From contig OZ024741.1 in the NCBI GenBank assembly GCA_964016885.1, positions 89,528,001 through 89,592,000 of the forward strand: a stretch of DNA of 64,000 nucleotides. The letters run 5' to 3'. Both the position numbers and the translations under genes were made by a program. Position 1 is the first letter of the stretch; each line of letters opens with the position of its first letter. Under the pieces are notes generated by a model. That model ran no database searches and had not been told where the DNA came from. It saw only the letters and a list, made by a program, of their open reading frames with translations. Shown here one piece after another: positions 63,292 through 64,000 of this stretch. Source of the stretch: Eledone cirrhosa (Eukaryota).

Positions 63292-63495
63292 CCCTTCAGC
63301 ATTTAAACTGGCCATATCCAGCCAGAATTCTCTCATCCCTTTCTATTCGAACCAACTACTCATACTGATGTTAAGGTATTGTTCTCAAAATAAATATCAA
63401 TCTCATAGATTTGATACTATGCGAGATAATTGTGAGGTAAAACCTTTACCATGAAAATATAATTGTATATATAGAGTAATGTAAATGCTAAAGGG
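63292..63495. mobile_element. piggyBac-type MITE
   Basis: TTAA|CCCTTCAGCATTTA ... TAAATGCTAAAGGG|TTAA; a partial copy also lies at 56812-56980. Confidence 0.9.
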
Positions 63496-63675
63496 TTAAA
63501 ACACCTAGGAGACCTATGAAAGGCAACCTCATAGGAGGCTACACAAGTGTCATGTAACAACTAACTATAGGTGTATATCATTTTTTTTTCAATTAGGTGG
63601 AGTGATATATTATTATCCAGGCACCTACAATATATTCAGTATAACAAAGTTATATTTATTTTCTTCTTCTTTCAG

Positions 63676-63894
63676 TTACAACGTAATATCTTGGCAACGT
63701 GTCCGCGGGTGACTCGGTTTAAGATCGACTGGGATGACAATCAAGACAGTGAGAATATTCCACCTATGCAGAATACAGATGCCGAATCCAATCAAATGTA
63801 CGATGAGAAGTCAAATGATGAACTCCTGAAACCTATGCCAGGTTTCCATGATGATAGTAATAGTATGAGAATGGAGGCTGAGATGGTGACATAA
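63676..63894 (+). CDS. ASF1: ASF1 coding exon 4 (last)
   Basis: ttcttctttcAG|TTA; LQRNILATCPRVTRFKIDWD...SNSMRMEAEMVT*. Total CDS 109+116+177+219=621 nt, 206 aa. Confidence 0.97.
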   Translation, partial: LQRNILATCPRVTRFKIDWDDNQDSENIPPMQNTDAESNQMYDEKSNDELLKPMPGFHDDSNSMRMEAEMVT

Positions 63895-64000
63895 GTCTTT
63901 CTTCTTCTCCATCCTCATTATACTTCACCCTCCTCCATCCCTTTGCAGGTTTTATTTATTTATTTCCCTGCCTCCTTCAACTTCTCAAATCTTAAAAGTT

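Overview
AT-rich, repeat-dense eukaryotic (metazoan) DNA, most likely a cephalopod such as Octopus. That assignment is inferred from the CORE- and Meta-domain tRNA-SINEs, RTE tails and microsatellites, not from a database search. Three host genes are visible: (1) the last two coding exons of uroporphyrinogen decarboxylase (UROD, +, 320-1806); (2) a VMAC-like coiled-coil gene (-, coding exons 31081-31307 [tentative], 30735-30975 and 24565-24927, with a possible 5' exon near 44.5 kb); (3) a complete 4-exon histone chaperone ASF1 (+, 46707-63894, 206 aa) with a CCAAT/E2F promoter, possibly head-to-head with the VMAC-like gene. ASF1 intron 3 holds a near-intact antisense RTE-clade LINE: a single APE-RT ORF of 1072 codons with two in-frame stops. 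It has a C4HC3 PHD finger inserted inside the RT domain and a 3' UTR built from hairpin modules. The same modules recur in other RTE-tailed copies as tandem arrays of about 2-6 units. The rest is 5'-truncated RTE copies, SINEs, a decayed mariner with its MITE derivative, piggyBac-type and hAT MITEs, foldback elements and microsatellites. No prokaryotic systems, CRISPR arrays or true tRNA/rRNA genes were found. Exon boundaries were read by hand; repeat boundaries are approximate.
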